64,000 nucleotides of DNA, from the NCBI GenBank assembly GCA_963702435.1, contig CAVPCR010000001.1, forward strand, positions 64,001 to 128,000. The letters run 5' to 3'. The notes below the pieces were generated by a model that searched no databases, was not told the origin of the DNA, and saw only the letters and a program-made list of their open reading frames with translations. The first letter of the stretch is position 1, and every line of letters begins with the position of its first letter. Shown here piece by piece: positions 8,412 to 19,443 of this stretch. The translations under genes and the position numbers were made by a program. Source of the stretch: Candidatus Eiseniibacteriota bacterium (lineage in GTDB: Bacteria; Eisenbacteria; RBG-16-71-46; CAVPCR01).

Positions 8412-8801
8412 CTAGCGCCCCGGACCGACCAGGGCCTCGACCTCGGCGATCATGGTGCCGAGATCGAATGGCTTGGTGATGTACCGCTGGACTCCCAGCC
8501 GGCGGGCTTCGGCCTTGGTCTCGGGGCTGTCGAAGGCGGTCATCAGGATGACCTGGGCCTGCATGCCCCCAGCTCTGAGCTTCTTCACCAGACCGAGTCC
8601 GCTGCCCTTCGGCAGGCGATTGTCGATGAGGATCAGATCGAACTCCGAATCGGCGGCGGCGATCAGTTTCTCCGCCGCCTCGGCGCTCGAAGCGATCCGG
8701 GTCTCGAAGCCCACCTCGGCAAGCGCGTTCGATAACGTGCGAGCAATGAGCCGCTCGTCATCGACGATCAGCACGCTTTTGGCCAAGGCCAGGACCTCCA
8801 T
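8412..8801 (-). CDS. single-domain response regulator (receiver); alternative TTG start at 8786
   Basis: VLIVDDE, phospho-acceptor Asp in LILIDNRLP, ILMTA, YITKPF. Confidence 0.93.
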   Translation of the reverse strand: MEVLALAKSVLIVDDERLIARTLSNALAEVGFETRIASSAEAAEKLIAAADSEFDLILIDNRLPKGSGLGLVKKLRAGGMQAQVILMTAFDSPETKAEARRLGVQRYITKPFDLGTMIAEVEALVGPGR

Positions 8802-8828
8802 CGCGGGTCTCACCGCGCGGAACCGTCA

Positions 8829-8845
8829 TGCAACCGTCGTTCCAA
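8829..8845 (-). promoter_or_regulatory. sigma54 -24/-12 promoter for the receiver and histone-like genes
   Basis: TTGGAACGACGGTTGCA (TGG-N-ACG-N4-TTGCA, exact GG-N10-GC spacing), just downstream of a sigma54 activator gene. Confidence 0.7.
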
Positions 8846-8973
8846 ACAGCCCCGAGAAGCGGCCCGTCCCGCTCCGATCGCGTATGTTGCATCACATCCT
8901 GCAATTGCCGCGATCGATTCGAGACCGAGATGCAGGTCCGACGAGTCCGGGCGAGGCCCGGCCACCAGCTCGG

Positions 8974-8992
8974 CTATCCAGCTTCTGGATAG
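8974..8992. promoter_or_regulatory. candidate enhancer (UAS) palindrome for the NtrC-family activator
   Basis: Perfect CTATCCAG-CTT-CTGGATAG about 130 bp upstream of the sigma54 box. A second CTATCCAG half-site lies at 9071-9078. Confidence 0.55.
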
Positions 8993-9130
8993 ACGCCGGC
9001 GGGCACGGCCGCGGCTCCGGTGCAAATGCTTGACCGGCAAGAGAATGAGGGATCAGGGACGACGCGTGCCCTATCCAGTTAGCTGACAGGGCCGGCGCTC
9101 CGCCGCATCGGACTCGGCCGGAGCTGGGGA

Positions 9131-10500
<1,370 letters not shown>

Positions 10501-10501
<1 letters not shown>

Positions 10502-11607
10502 CACGGCTCGGCCTCCGCCTTCGGCTCGGGGAGGGCCGCGAGGGCAGGCAGGCTCACGCGGAAGGTGGCGCCGCCGCCCCGGCGGTTCCGCGGCGTGATG
10601 TTGCCGCTGTGGGCGCGAGCGATCTGGAGCGAGATGGAGAGCCCGAGCCCGGTCCCCATCGACCGGGTCGTGAAGAAGGGCGCGAAGATCTCCTCTATGT
10701 GCTTTTCCGGGATGCCGCACCCCGTGTCCGAGACGAAGACGTTCACCCGCTGCTTCCCGGAGGGGCTCCGCCGGACCGTGGTCGTCACCTTGAGCTCGCC
10801 GCCCCCGGGCTGCATGGCCTCGATCGCGTTGGTGACCAGGTTGAAGAAGACCTGGCCCATGAGGTCGGGGTCGCCGTGGACGGGCGGGAGGTCCTCGCCC
10901 AGGATGCGCTTGACCGTGATCTGCGACTCCTCGCAGCGGCTGGCCAGGCTGTCGAGCACCTTGCCGAGGAGCGGATTCATCTCCATCGGCGCCGAACGCA
11001 CCGGTTGCGGCCGGGCGAAGAGGAGGAGATCGGTGATGATCTGATCGATGCGATCCAGCTCGCTGATGACGTCGTCCAGGTCCTCGCGGCGGGGATCCTT
11101 GGCCTCGAGCTTCGACTGGACGAACTGGACGGTCGTGCGAATGCCGGTGAGCGGGTTCCGGATCTCGTGGGCCACCGAGGCCGAGAGCTCGCCGAGCGAG
11201 ATCAGCCGGTCGCGGTCGGTATGGAGGACCTCGTCCTCGTCGGCCGCCTCGCTGAAGATGGCGGCCGAGCCCACCACCTCGCCGTCGGCGTCGCGGAGCG
11301 GAATGGTGCGCGAGCGGAGGATGACGCGGTTCCCGTCCTTCACCCGCCGGACCCGCTGGAACTCCTCCTTGGAGACCTGCTCCGGGTCGTAGACGAGCCA
11401 CCGCGAGTTGCGCGGAGTCTTGAGCACCTCGTCGAGCTGGAAGCCGAGCATCTCTTCCCGGCCCAGGTTCAGGATGCCCTCGGCCACCCGGTTCACGAAG
11501 ATGATGCGCTTCTCGGCGTCGATGGCCAGCACGGCGTGGTCGAGACTGTCGAGGATGGTGGCGTTGTGCCGCTCCACCGCTTCAATCGTCGCCGAGGCTT
11601 GGGGCAT
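10501..11607 (-). CDS. PAS-domain sensor histidine kinase (NtrB-like, cytoplasmic)
   Basis: N-terminal PAS, H-box SVAHEIRNPL, N-box NLVTNAIEAM, DTGCGI, PFFTT, GTGLGL. No transmembrane segment. Confidence 0.95.
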
Positions 11608-11771
11608 GCCGGGGATTCACCTCGAGAGCCGGCCGCGGTCGTGGCGCTGGCGCGCACGCGGCTCGCGGAATCGCTTCCTTGCGAACGGTCACGACTCGTC
11701 CGCTCGCAACATAACGAGCGCGATTTCACCTTGTCAACGGGGAATGCGCGCGCCGACGTCCGGAACCCGAG

Positions 11772-13046
11772 TTACCCTCCGCTGCCGCGCGCCGCCGCCG
11801 CGCCGTTCTCCGCATCGGCGTCCTCGTCGCCGCGGGACAGCCGCACCCAGCGCACAGCGTACGCGTCGGCCTCCTCGACGCGGAAGCGCATCCCGCGGAA
11901 ACGCAGCGACTCGCCGGCGACCGGCACGCGCCCGAAGCGCTTCAGGAGGAAGCCACCGAGCGTGTCGTAGCGCTCCTTGGGCAGGCCGAGCCCGAGATCC
12001 TGGTTGAGATCGTCGACATCGGTGCGTGCGTCGATCAGGTAGACGCCGCGGGCCACCGGGCGGATCTTGGGGGCGCTCGCCTCGTGCTCGTCGGCCAGCT
12101 CGCCCATGATCTCCTCGATGATGTCCTCCAGGGTGACGATCCCGACCACCATCCCGAACTCGTTCACGATCGCAGCCATCGAGGTGCGCCGGGCCTGGAG
12201 GTCGCGGAGCAGCCGGTCGATCCGCTTCGAGTCCGGGAAGATCGGGATGTCGCGGCGATAGTCGGCCACGCGCGGCCGCGGCTCCCGGTCGTAGAGGGCG
12301 TCGAAGACGTTCGCGAACCCGGCGATGCGATCCGGGCGGCCCCGGTAGGTGGGGATGCGGGTGTGACCGTGGCCGCGTACGAGATCGAGCAGCGCCTCCC
12401 GGGGGGCCTGCTCGTCGATGGCGACCACGTCGGAGAGCGGAATCATGACCTCCCGCGCCACCGTCTCCGAGAAGTCGAACACCGACTCGAGCATCTTGCG
12501 CTCCCGGAAGCGGGAGCCGGCCTCCTGCGACGCCTCGCGCACCAGGAGCAGGAGCTCCTCGCGGCTCACGAAGAGGCTCTGCGGGCCGGGGAGGAACAGG
12601 CGGTAGCCGGCGCGGATCGTGCCCACGATCGGGGAGGCGACGGCGACGGCCAGCCGGAGGACGGGAGCCACGGCCGGCATCAACCGGTCCGCGAGCTGGC
12701 GGAAGATGGCCTTGGGCACGATCTCCGCGAAGATGACGTGCGCCGCGGTCATGCCGATCGTGGCGAGGAGCGTCCCCGCGTTGCCCATCCGCTGCTCGAG
12801 GATCGAGGTGGCCACCGCCGCGCCGGAGATCGTGAAGAAGTTGTTACCGAGGAGCGCCGTCGAGAGCACCGCCTCCTGGTGCACGAGGAGGTCCCTGAGG
12901 ACCAGGGCGGAGCGGCTCCCCCGTTCGACCAGGTGGCGGAGGCGGAGGCGGTTCACCGAGACGAGCCCCATCTCGGCGCCATTGAAGAAGGCGGCGCCGA
13001 CGATCGAGATCAGGACGTAGGCCCAGGCCAGGAACTCGGCGCTCAT
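11772..13046 (-). CDS. hemolysin-family CNNM/CBS/CorC transporter-associated protein
   Basis: AFFNGAEMGLVS, FAEIVPK, REVMIP, GHTRIP, VNEFG..VGIVTLEDIIEEIMGEL.DE, YDTLGG. Confidence 0.93.
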   Translation of the reverse strand: MSAEFLAWAYVLISIVGAAFFNGAEMGLVSVNRLRLRHLVERGSRSALVLRDLLVHQEAVLSTALLGNNFFTISGAAVATSILEQRMGNAGTLLATIGMTAAHVIFAEIVPKAIFRQLADRLMPAVAPVLRLAVAVASPIVGTIRAGYRLFLPGPQSLFVSREELLLLVREASQEAGSRFRERKMLESVFDFSETVAREVMIPLSDVVAIDEQAPREALLDLVRGHGHTRIPTYRGRPDRIAGFANVFDALYDREPRPRVADYRRDIPIFPDSKRIDRLLRDLQARRTSMAAIVNEFGMVVGIVTLEDIIEEIMGELADEHEASAPKIRPVARGVYLIDARTDVDDLNQDLGLGLPKERYDTLGGFLLKRFGRVPVAGESLRFRGMRFRVEEADAYAVRWVRLSRGDEDADAENGAAAARGSGG

Positions 13047-14347
13047 GCCGGGTCCCCGCGCCGGCCGGCCGATCCGTTCTTTACAGCGCCGGCCGCTTCC
13101 GGGGTCGCGGGCGCGCGCGTGATCTCGCAGCGATGGACGCGATGCCGGCGCACCTCGAGCACGACGAAGGTGACGCCGGCGGCGGCCACCCGGTCTCCCG
13201 GACGGGGGATGTCCCCGAGGAGATCGGCGAGGAGGCCGTTCAGGGTGACCGCATCGGTATCGAAGGCAACGCCGACGCGCCCGGCCAGCTCGTCCACCGT
13301 CACCTGCCCGGTGACGAGGAAGCGATCCGGACCGACCTTGACGATGGGAGCCGACTCCGACTCGTACTCGTCGTAGATCTCGCCCACGATCTCCTCGACC
13401 AGGTCCTCCTTGGTGATGATCCCGGCGGTGTGGCCGTACTCGTCCACCACGACCACCATGCCGATCCGCCGCCGCTGGATCTCGTGGAAGATCTCGTTCA
13501 CGCGCTTGGTCTCCGGGACGAAGAGCACCGGCTTGAGCATCTCCTCGAGCGCCGCCTCCGGCCGGAGCAGGTACTCCTTGGCGGTCACGAAGCCGACGAT
13601 CTGATCGATCGAGCCGTCGGAGATCGGGATGCGCGTGTGCCGGGACGTGCGGATCACCTCGGCCAGCGCCTCGCGGCTGACATGCCGGTCGGCGCTCCGG
13701 ATATCCACCCGCGGTGTCATCACTTCGGCCGCGCGGGTCGAGGAGAACTCGAAGATGCGGCCTGCGATCTCGCGCTCGGCGCGGGAGAGCACCTGGTCCT
13801 CGCCGGCCTCGGCGAAGAGCGCCTTCAGCTCGGCCGGCGTGAGTCCCTTGACCCCGGTCATGAGATCGCGGATGCCCACGAGGCGCAGCGCGGCATGGGC
13901 GATCCGCGAGAGGACGAGGACAGCGGGTCGGAGGAGGAGGGTCGTCACGCGGAGCGGGTAGGCCACCAGCGGCGCCAGGACGAACGCCTTCCTGATGGCG
14001 AGGGTCTTCGGCGTGATCTCCCCGCCGAGGATGATGGCGGCCGAGGCGACGGCGGTCGCGTAGAGGGCGGCCCGCTGCGGCGCGAATCCGAGCCAGTCGA
14101 GGAACATATCGGTGATGACGGCGGAGAAGGCGACGTTGACGAGCGTGTTGGCGACGAGGATGGCGGCGAGCAGGTCGGCCGGGTGCTCGAGGAGGCGGAC
14201 GACGAGGCGGTCGCGGCGCCGGCGCGAGCCCTGGAAGCGGCGGAGCTGGATCCGGTTCAGGCTGAAGAGCGCCGTCTCGGAGGCGGACATCAACGCCGAG
14301 AGCGCGAGGAGCCCGGCGAGAAGCACGAGCGTCGTCCGGAGACCCAT
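13043..14347 (-). CDS. hemolysin-family CNNM/CBS/CorC transporter-associated protein
   Basis: SALMSASETALFSL, GEITPK, EVMTPRVD, HTRIP, VVDEYGHTAGIITKEDLVEEIVGEIYDEY. Confidence 0.93.
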   Translation of the reverse strand: MGLRTTLVLLAGLLALSALMSASETALFSLNRIQLRRFQGSRRRRDRLVVRLLEHPADLLAAILVANTLVNVAFSAVITDMFLDWLGFAPQRAALYATAVASAAIILGGEITPKTLAIRKAFVLAPLVAYPLRVTTLLLRPAVLVLSRIAHAALRLVGIRDLMTGVKGLTPAELKALFAEAGEDQVLSRAEREIAGRIFEFSSTRAAEVMTPRVDIRSADRHVSREALAEVIRTSRHTRIPISDGSIDQIVGFVTAKEYLLRPEAALEEMLKPVLFVPETKRVNEIFHEIQRRRIGMVVVVDEYGHTAGIITKEDLVEEIVGEIYDEYESESAPIVKVGPDRFLVTGQVTVDELAGRVGVAFDTDAVTLNGLLADLLGDIPRPGDRVAAAGVTFVVLEVRRHRVHRCEITRAPATPEAAGAVKNGSAGRRGDPA

Positions 14348-14653
14348 GGTGCCGGTGGTGGCGCCTCCTCTCGCCCCGCACCCGCCGCGCCATGGACCGG
14401 TGCAGGCCGGCGCGGGGGAGCTCGCGCAGTCTAGGAAGTCCGCCCGCTCGGCGTCAAGCCGCGGGCGCCCCGGCCACGGCGGGCAGGGGCCGGGGAGAGC
14501 CGCCGGCCGCGCTGGCCACCCCTTGAAACAGCGCCTGGCGTGTGGTTCAATCGGTGGTCCGTTTGCCGTGCTGGTCCGGCGTCGCCTCCAGTCCGCCGGG
14601 CGCCGCCGCTTGCGTGCCCGGCCCGGCCGGCACCCTTCAGGAAACAGGAACTC

Positions 14654-16447
14654 ATGCTGCAAGCTCTCCGCAACAACACGAAGACGATCCTCTGGATCGT
14701 CGTCATCGCCTTCATCGGTTTCATCATCCTGGTCTGGGGCGCCGACCTGCGCTTCGGCAGCCAGCAGCCGAACTCGATCGGGTCCGTGAACGGCACCGCG
14801 ATCCCCTACCAGACCTACCAGCGCCGGCTGTCGGCCAACATCCAGAACCTCCGCGCGCGGGACCGCGAGCCCAGCTTCGAGGAGGAGCGGCGGATCGGCG
14901 ACCAGACCTGGCAGCAGATCGTGGACGAGATGCTCGTCTACCAGGAGGCCGAGAAGAGCAAGATCCCCGTCTCCGACGAGGAGGTGGTGTTCTGGGTGCG
15001 CTCGAACCCGCCCGATGAGCTCCGCCAGGACCCGGCCTTCGTCGACTCGCTGACCGGTCAGATCAACATGGCCGCCTATCAGCAGGCGCTCCGCACCGCC
15101 CCCGAGCAGTTCCGCTGGTACGAGCAGGCGACCCGCATCCAGCTCCCGATGACCAAGCTCGAGCGCACCATCCTCACGGCCGCCAAGGTGTCGGATGGGG
15201 ACGTGGATGCCTTCGTGCGCGAGCGGTACGAGAACATGCGGGCGAGCTACCTGTGGGTGAATCCCGCGACCTTCACGGTCGCCACGACCACCGTGAACGA
15301 GGAGGAAGCCCGCGCCTACTACGCGGCCCATCCTGACGAGTTCAAGACCGGCGAGCGCGCCCGCCTGGTCGTGGCGCGGCTCCCGAAGAAGCCGAGCGCC
15401 GAGGACGAGGCCGCGGTGCTCGAGGAGGTGCGCGGGTTCGCGGGCACGATCGCGGCCGGCGACGCCACCCTCGCCATGCTCGCCGAGAGCTTCTCAGAGG
15501 ACGCGTTCGCCGCGCAGGGCGGCGATCGCGGGCGCTACATGAACAAGATGGAGGTCGAACCCGATCTCGCAGCGACCGTCTTCTCACTCCCCGTGGGCCA
15601 GGTCTCGGAGCCGATCCGCATCGGCGATCGCGTGCTTCTCGTGCAGGTGACGGCCGACTCGGTCGTGGCCGGCGAGCCCGTTCGCCGGTTCGCGACGATC
15701 GAGCGGCGGATCATGCCGGGCGGCGAGACGCTCGGCGCCATCCGCACGCGCGCCCGCGAGCTCGCGGATCTCGCCCGGAAGGACGGACTCGCCGCGGCGG
15801 CCCGGACCGCCGAGATCAAGGCCGACACGACGGCGCTCTTCGAGCCGAACTCGTTCAGCCCGCTCCTCGCCGGAGCGCCGGAGGCCCTGGGCCGCGCCTT
15901 CGACAGCACCGTGGGCACGGTGGGGGCCCCGATCGAGACCGAGAACGACATCCTGCTCCACCAGCTCATCGAGAAGCTGCCCGCGGGAACGCTGCCCTTC
16001 GATGAGGTCAAGGCCCGCGCCGAGCGCGGCGTGCTGAGCGAGCGACAGCGGGCAGAGGCGCGGAAGAAGGCCGACCGCATGAACGCGACGTTCAAGGCCA
16101 AGGGCTCGCTCGAGGCGACGGCGCAGGCGGAGACGCTCAGCGTGCGCGACTCGAAGAAGTTCTCGCGCAAGGGTTTCATCTCCGACGTGGGCTCCGATCC
16201 GGAGCTCGTCGGGGCCGCCTTCGCGCTTCCGCCAGGCAGGACCTCCGGTCTCCTCGAGACCGAGAAGGGCTTCTTCATCGTCCGCGCCGACTCGCTCTTC
16301 CCCTCGCCGCCCCAGGATCTCGAGCGCCAGCGGCAAACGGCGCGACAGATCCTCGAGCGGGAGCGGCAGAACGGGGTCCTGCAGGCGTGGCTCACCGATC
16401 TGCGCAACCGGGCGAAGATCGAGGATCAGCGGAGCAAGTTCTTCTAG
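14654..16447 (+). CDS. ppiD: PpiD-like periplasmic chaperone (SurA_N plus parvulin-like domains)
   Basis: MLQALRNNTKTILWIVVIAFIGF TM anchor, IGSVNGTAI, LAESFSED...GGDRG, VFSLPVGQVSEPI, ETEKGFFIV. Confidence 0.85.
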   Translation: MLQALRNNTKTILWIVVIAFIGFIILVWGADLRFGSQQPNSIGSVNGTAIPYQTYQRRLSANIQNLRARDREPSFEEERRIGDQTWQQIVDEMLVYQEAEKSKIPVSDEEVVFWVRSNPPDELRQDPAFVDSLTGQINMAAYQQALRTAPEQFRWYEQATRIQLPMTKLERTILTAAKVSDGDVDAFVRERYENMRASYLWVNPATFTVATTTVNEEEARAYYAAHPDEFKTGERARLVVARLPKKPSAEDEAAVLEEVRGFAGTIAAGDATLAMLAESFSEDAFAAQGGDRGRYMNKMEVEPDLAATVFSLPVGQVSEPIRIGDRVLLVQVTADSVVAGEPVRRFATIERRIMPGGETLGAIRTRARELADLARKDGLAAAARTAEIKADTTALFEPNSFSPLLAGAPEALGRAFDSTVGTVGAPIETENDILLHQLIEKLPAGTLPFDEVKARAERGVLSERQRAEARKKADRMNATFKAKGSLEATAQAETLSVRDSKKFSRKGFISDVGSDPELVGAAFALPPGRTSGLLETEKGFFIVRADSLFPSPPQDLERQRQTARQILERERQNGVLQAWLTDLRNRAKIEDQRSKFF

Positions 16448-16528
16448 GCCGCACCCGGGCGCGGCAAGCGGCCCGCGCGGATGCGGCGAGGACCGCCGGA
16501 TGAGCGGATCTCCGGCGGGGCAGCGGGC

Positions 16529-16738
16529 CTAGCCGGACGGGCGGCCGCCCTTGTCCTTGTCGTCGTCCTTCACATCCAGCGACGCATTCACGTCGGCGCT
16601 GATCTCCTTCGTCGCCTTCTTGAACTCGCGGATTCCCTGACCCATCGAGCGGGCGATCTCCGGGATCCGCCTGGCGCCGAAGAGGAGGAGGACGATGACG
16701 AGGATGATGATGAGTTCTTGCGTACCGATACTGCCCAT
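16529..16738 (-). CDS. tatA: twin-arginine translocase subunit TatA/E
   Basis: IGTQELIIILVIVLLLFGARRIPEIARSMGQGIREFKK. Confidence 0.96.
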   Translation of the reverse strand: MGSIGTQELIIILVIVLLLFGARRIPEIARSMGQGIREFKKATKEISADVNASLDVKDDDKDKGGRPSG

Positions 16739-16981
16739 GATGTCCCGTGCGCTCCGGGCCCACGACGGGGGCCAAACCGTTCGACCCCGCCGGAAGCGAG
16801 ACTAGCACAGCGCACCGGCGGGCGGGCAGGGCGGGCCCGACCCGGCACCCCCCGGGGCGGCAGGAGCGCTGCGACCCCCCGGCCCGGGCGGTTCCTCCTC
16901 GCTCCTCCTCGCTCCTCCTCGCTCCTCCCCCAACCCCCTCGATTCCCGGCAGCCGCCACGACCTGCCGGCGCCGGTGCCGG

Positions 16982-17248
16982 CTAGTACCAGCGCAGGAGC
17001 TGGGCCAGGACGATGACGCCGAGGACGCTGACCACGTTCACATCGAGCGATAGGCCGAGAGTGATCGTGAAGACGATGAAGTTGAGCGTGTGGGGGCCGA
17101 AGGCATAGTCGAGCCCCTCGACGAAGAAGCTTCGCACCGCACCCGGCGGCATGATCACCCCGAGCATCTTGCCCACGGCCGAGCCGATCAGGAGCCCGAG
17201 AAAGAGAATGAGGACCAGAAGTCCGAAGCGGATCTTCCGGGTTGCCAT
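16982..17248 (-). CDS. small membrane protein, DUF4321-like
   Basis: 88 aa, LFLGLLIGSAVGKMLG...TLNFIVFTITLGLSLDVNVVSVLGVIV; family recalled from memory. Confidence 0.7.
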   Translation of the reverse strand: MATRKIRFGLLVLILFLGLLIGSAVGKMLGVIMPPGAVRSFFVEGLDYAFGPHTLNFIVFTITLGLSLDVNVVSVLGVIVLAQLLRWY

Positions 17249-17281
17249 GCGCGCTTTCTCTCCTTCCCCCGGTTCTGGCGA

Positions 17282-17935
17282 TCAGGGCATGCCGCCGGCG
17301 AGGGCCTTCTTCCACCGGCCGCCGTCGTAGCCGACGACCACGGTGACCGCGTAGGGCCGACCGGCCTGCCGCTGCTTGACGATCGGCGGGCCGCCGAGCG
17401 CCTGCGCCACGGCGCGGGCCGCGATCCCGTCGCCGATGCGATCCACGACCACGGTCCGTTCGAAGTCGAAGGCGTCGGCATTGCCGATCTCGATCACGTC
17501 GAAGCCGCCGGACCGGCGCAGCACCGACGCGAGCTTGATCCCGGCGCCGCTCACGCCGCAACCGTTCTGCACCTGCACCCGGATGCCGGCGGGAATCGCG
17601 CTACCGCTTCCGGCGGCGGCTCCGCCCGCGGTCCCGGCTCCCCCCGCGGTCCCGGCTCCCCCCGGCCTCGCCGTGTCTCCCGCGCGACCCCGGGCCTCGG
17701 CGGACCGCGAGGACGGATCGGCGGCGCGATCGCCCGGCGCATCTCCCCCGCCGATGCGGGCCTCCGCGTGGGGCGCCGCCGCGCGCCGCCCGCTCTCCGG
17801 GTGCAGGAACACGACCCGCACGAGCATGGACAGGGCGAGCGCGGCCACAAGCAGTCCGAGCGCGATGATCGAGACGTCGAGCGCGACCTCGCCGGGCGAA
17901 CGCTGCCCCCGGGCGGTGCGCGAGCGGCGGCTCAT
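17282..17935 (-). CDS. membrane-anchored LytR C-terminal domain protein
   Basis: One TM segment, Gly/Ala linker, IRVQVQNGCGVSGAG...LRRSGGFDVIEIGNAD...VTVVVGYD. ATGA overlap with the HIT gene. Confidence 0.85.
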   Translation of the reverse strand: MSRRSRTARGQRSPGEVALDVSIIALGLLVAALALSMLVRVVFLHPESGRRAAAPHAEARIGGGDAPGDRAADPSSRSAEARGRAGDTARPGGAGTAGGAGTAGGAAAGSGSAIPAGIRVQVQNGCGVSGAGIKLASVLRRSGGFDVIEIGNADAFDFERTVVVDRIGDGIAARAVAQALGGPPIVKQRQAGRPYAVTVVVGYDGGRWKKALAGGMP

Positions 17936-18456
17936 CGCGAGATCTCCGGGCTCGCGCCCGCCGCGGCCAGGGCTCGGCGAATCCGCTCGAACGTGCGCTC
18001 GAGGGTCTCGGGCAGCACCTTCGTGTCGCCGACCGTCCCCATGAAGTTGGTATCTCCGGTCCACCGCGGCACGAGGTGCGCGTGCAGGTGACCGACCACA
18101 CCCGCACCTGCCGCCGCCCCCAGGTTGACGCCCATGTTGAAACCATGCGGCCGGTACTCGCGTCGCAAGGCGTCCTCGGCCCGCCCGAGCAGGTGGATGA
18201 GATCCAACCGCTCATCGGCCGACAGCGCGGCGATCGAGTCGAGGTGCCGGTACGGCGCCACCATGAGATGCCCGGTGTTGTAGGGAAACGCGTTCAGCAT
18301 CATGAAGCAGGCGTGGCCGCGCTCGAGCACGAATTCCTTCTGGTCAGCGCCCGCGCCGGAGCCCGCCCGTCCCTTCGCGCAGAACAGGCACTCCTCACCG
18401 CCGTCGCGCGCAGATTCGATGTAGCTCATGCGCCAGCCGGCCCACAGACGCTGCAC
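17932..18456 (-). CDS. HIT-family hydrolase (Ap4A phosphorylase-like)
   Basis: RLWAGWRMSYI, CLFC, LNAFPYNTGHLMV, GFNMGVNLG..AGAG...HLHAHLVPRWTGDTNFM. Confidence 0.93.
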   Translation of the reverse strand: MQRLWAGWRMSYIESARDGGEECLFCAKGRAGSGAGADQKEFVLERGHACFMMLNAFPYNTGHLMVAPYRHLDSIAALSADERLDLIHLLGRAEDALRREYRPHGFNMGVNLGAAAGAGVVGHLHAHLVPRWTGDTNFMGTVGDTKVLPETLERTFERIRRALAAAGASPEISR

Positions 18457-18499
18457 GCAGACTCCTTCATGGCGCCGCGCGGACTTCCCTGGTCCTCGC

Positions 18500-19435
18500 C
18501 TAGTCCTCGCTCTCGGCCAGCGGCGATTCCTCGGCCTCGGGCTCCAGATCCGGGTCCAGGTCGATATCGTCCGCAACTCCCTCGAGCTCGCCGGCGGCCC
18601 CGTTCGCGCCGATCGCCGCGCCCGCGAGGTAGTCCGCCTCCTCCTCATCCTCGTCGAACGCGATCTGCGGGCGCGGGCGCTTGGGCGGCTCCGGCGGCTG
18701 CCGCTCCCGGTAGATGCGATCGGCCTCGCGGAGCTGCGCGTGGTCGTTGATGCCCATGGCCTCGACCGGATCCTCGGCCTTGATCGCGCCGACCCGCTTT
18801 CCGGCCTGGCGGAGGATCCCGATCGCGTCGGTCAGGTAGAGCTCGCCCTGGCGGTTGTCGCCCTCGAGCCGGGCGAGGATGTGCGCGAGCTGCCGATAGT
18901 CGAAAACGTAGATGCTCGAGTTGATCTCGTGGATCTCGAGCTCCGCGGGCTTGGCGTCGCCGTGCTCGACGATGCGCGCGACGTCGCCGGACGCGTCGCG
19001 CACCACGCGCCCGTAGCCCGTCGGGTCGGCCACCTCCGCCGTGAAGAGCGTGGCGGCGTAGCCGCCCGCTTCGTGGAACTCGACGATATGGCGCATGGTC
19101 GCGGGGCGGACGAAGGGAGCATCGCCGGGCAGAACGAGACAGCTCCCGTCGTAATTGCCCACGTGGTCGGCAACCATCTGCACGGCGTGCCCGGTGCCGC
19201 GCTGATCGGCCTGCACCACGTACTCGACCGGATAGTCAACGAGCGACTCGATGACCATGTCGCGGCGATGGCCCACGACGATGACGACGCGGCCGAGACC
19301 CGACTTGAGCGAGGACTGGACCAGGTGCTCGATGATGGGCTTCCGGCCGACGCGATGAAGCACCTTGGGGAGGACGGAGTGCATCCGTTTCCCCTCCCCG
19401 GCAGCCAGGATGACGGTGAGCGCACGAACCGGCAT
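18500..19435 (-). CDS. GlmU-like nucleotidyltransferase (N-terminal domain only) with an acidic tail
   Basis: VILAAGEGKRMHS.LPKVLH, QRGTGHAV, GDAP, DPTGYGRVVR, IVEHGDA, EINSSIY, NRQGELYLTD. No hexapeptide-repeat domain. Confidence 0.9.
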   Translation of the reverse strand: MPVRALTVILAAGEGKRMHSVLPKVLHRVGRKPIIEHLVQSSLKSGLGRVVIVVGHRRDMVIESLVDYPVEYVVQADQRGTGHAVQMVADHVGNYDGSCLVLPGDAPFVRPATMRHIVEFHEAGGYAATLFTAEVADPTGYGRVVRDASGDVARIVEHGDAKPAELEIHEINSSIYVFDYRQLAHILARLEGDNRQGELYLTDAIGILRQAGKRVGAIKAEDPVEAMGINDHAQLREADRIYRERQPPEPPKRPRPQIAFDEDEEEADYLAGAAIGANGAAGELEGVADDIDLDPDLEPEAEESPLAESED

Positions 19436-19443
19436 GGAGCCTC

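Noticed and set aside
8015..8479. Repetitive plus-strand ORFs (HGLLANGLA and TAFLR repeats)
   Set aside because: They are alternative readings of the 27-bp repeat. Only the minus-strand Lys/Arg-rich frame has a strong SD and a terminator.
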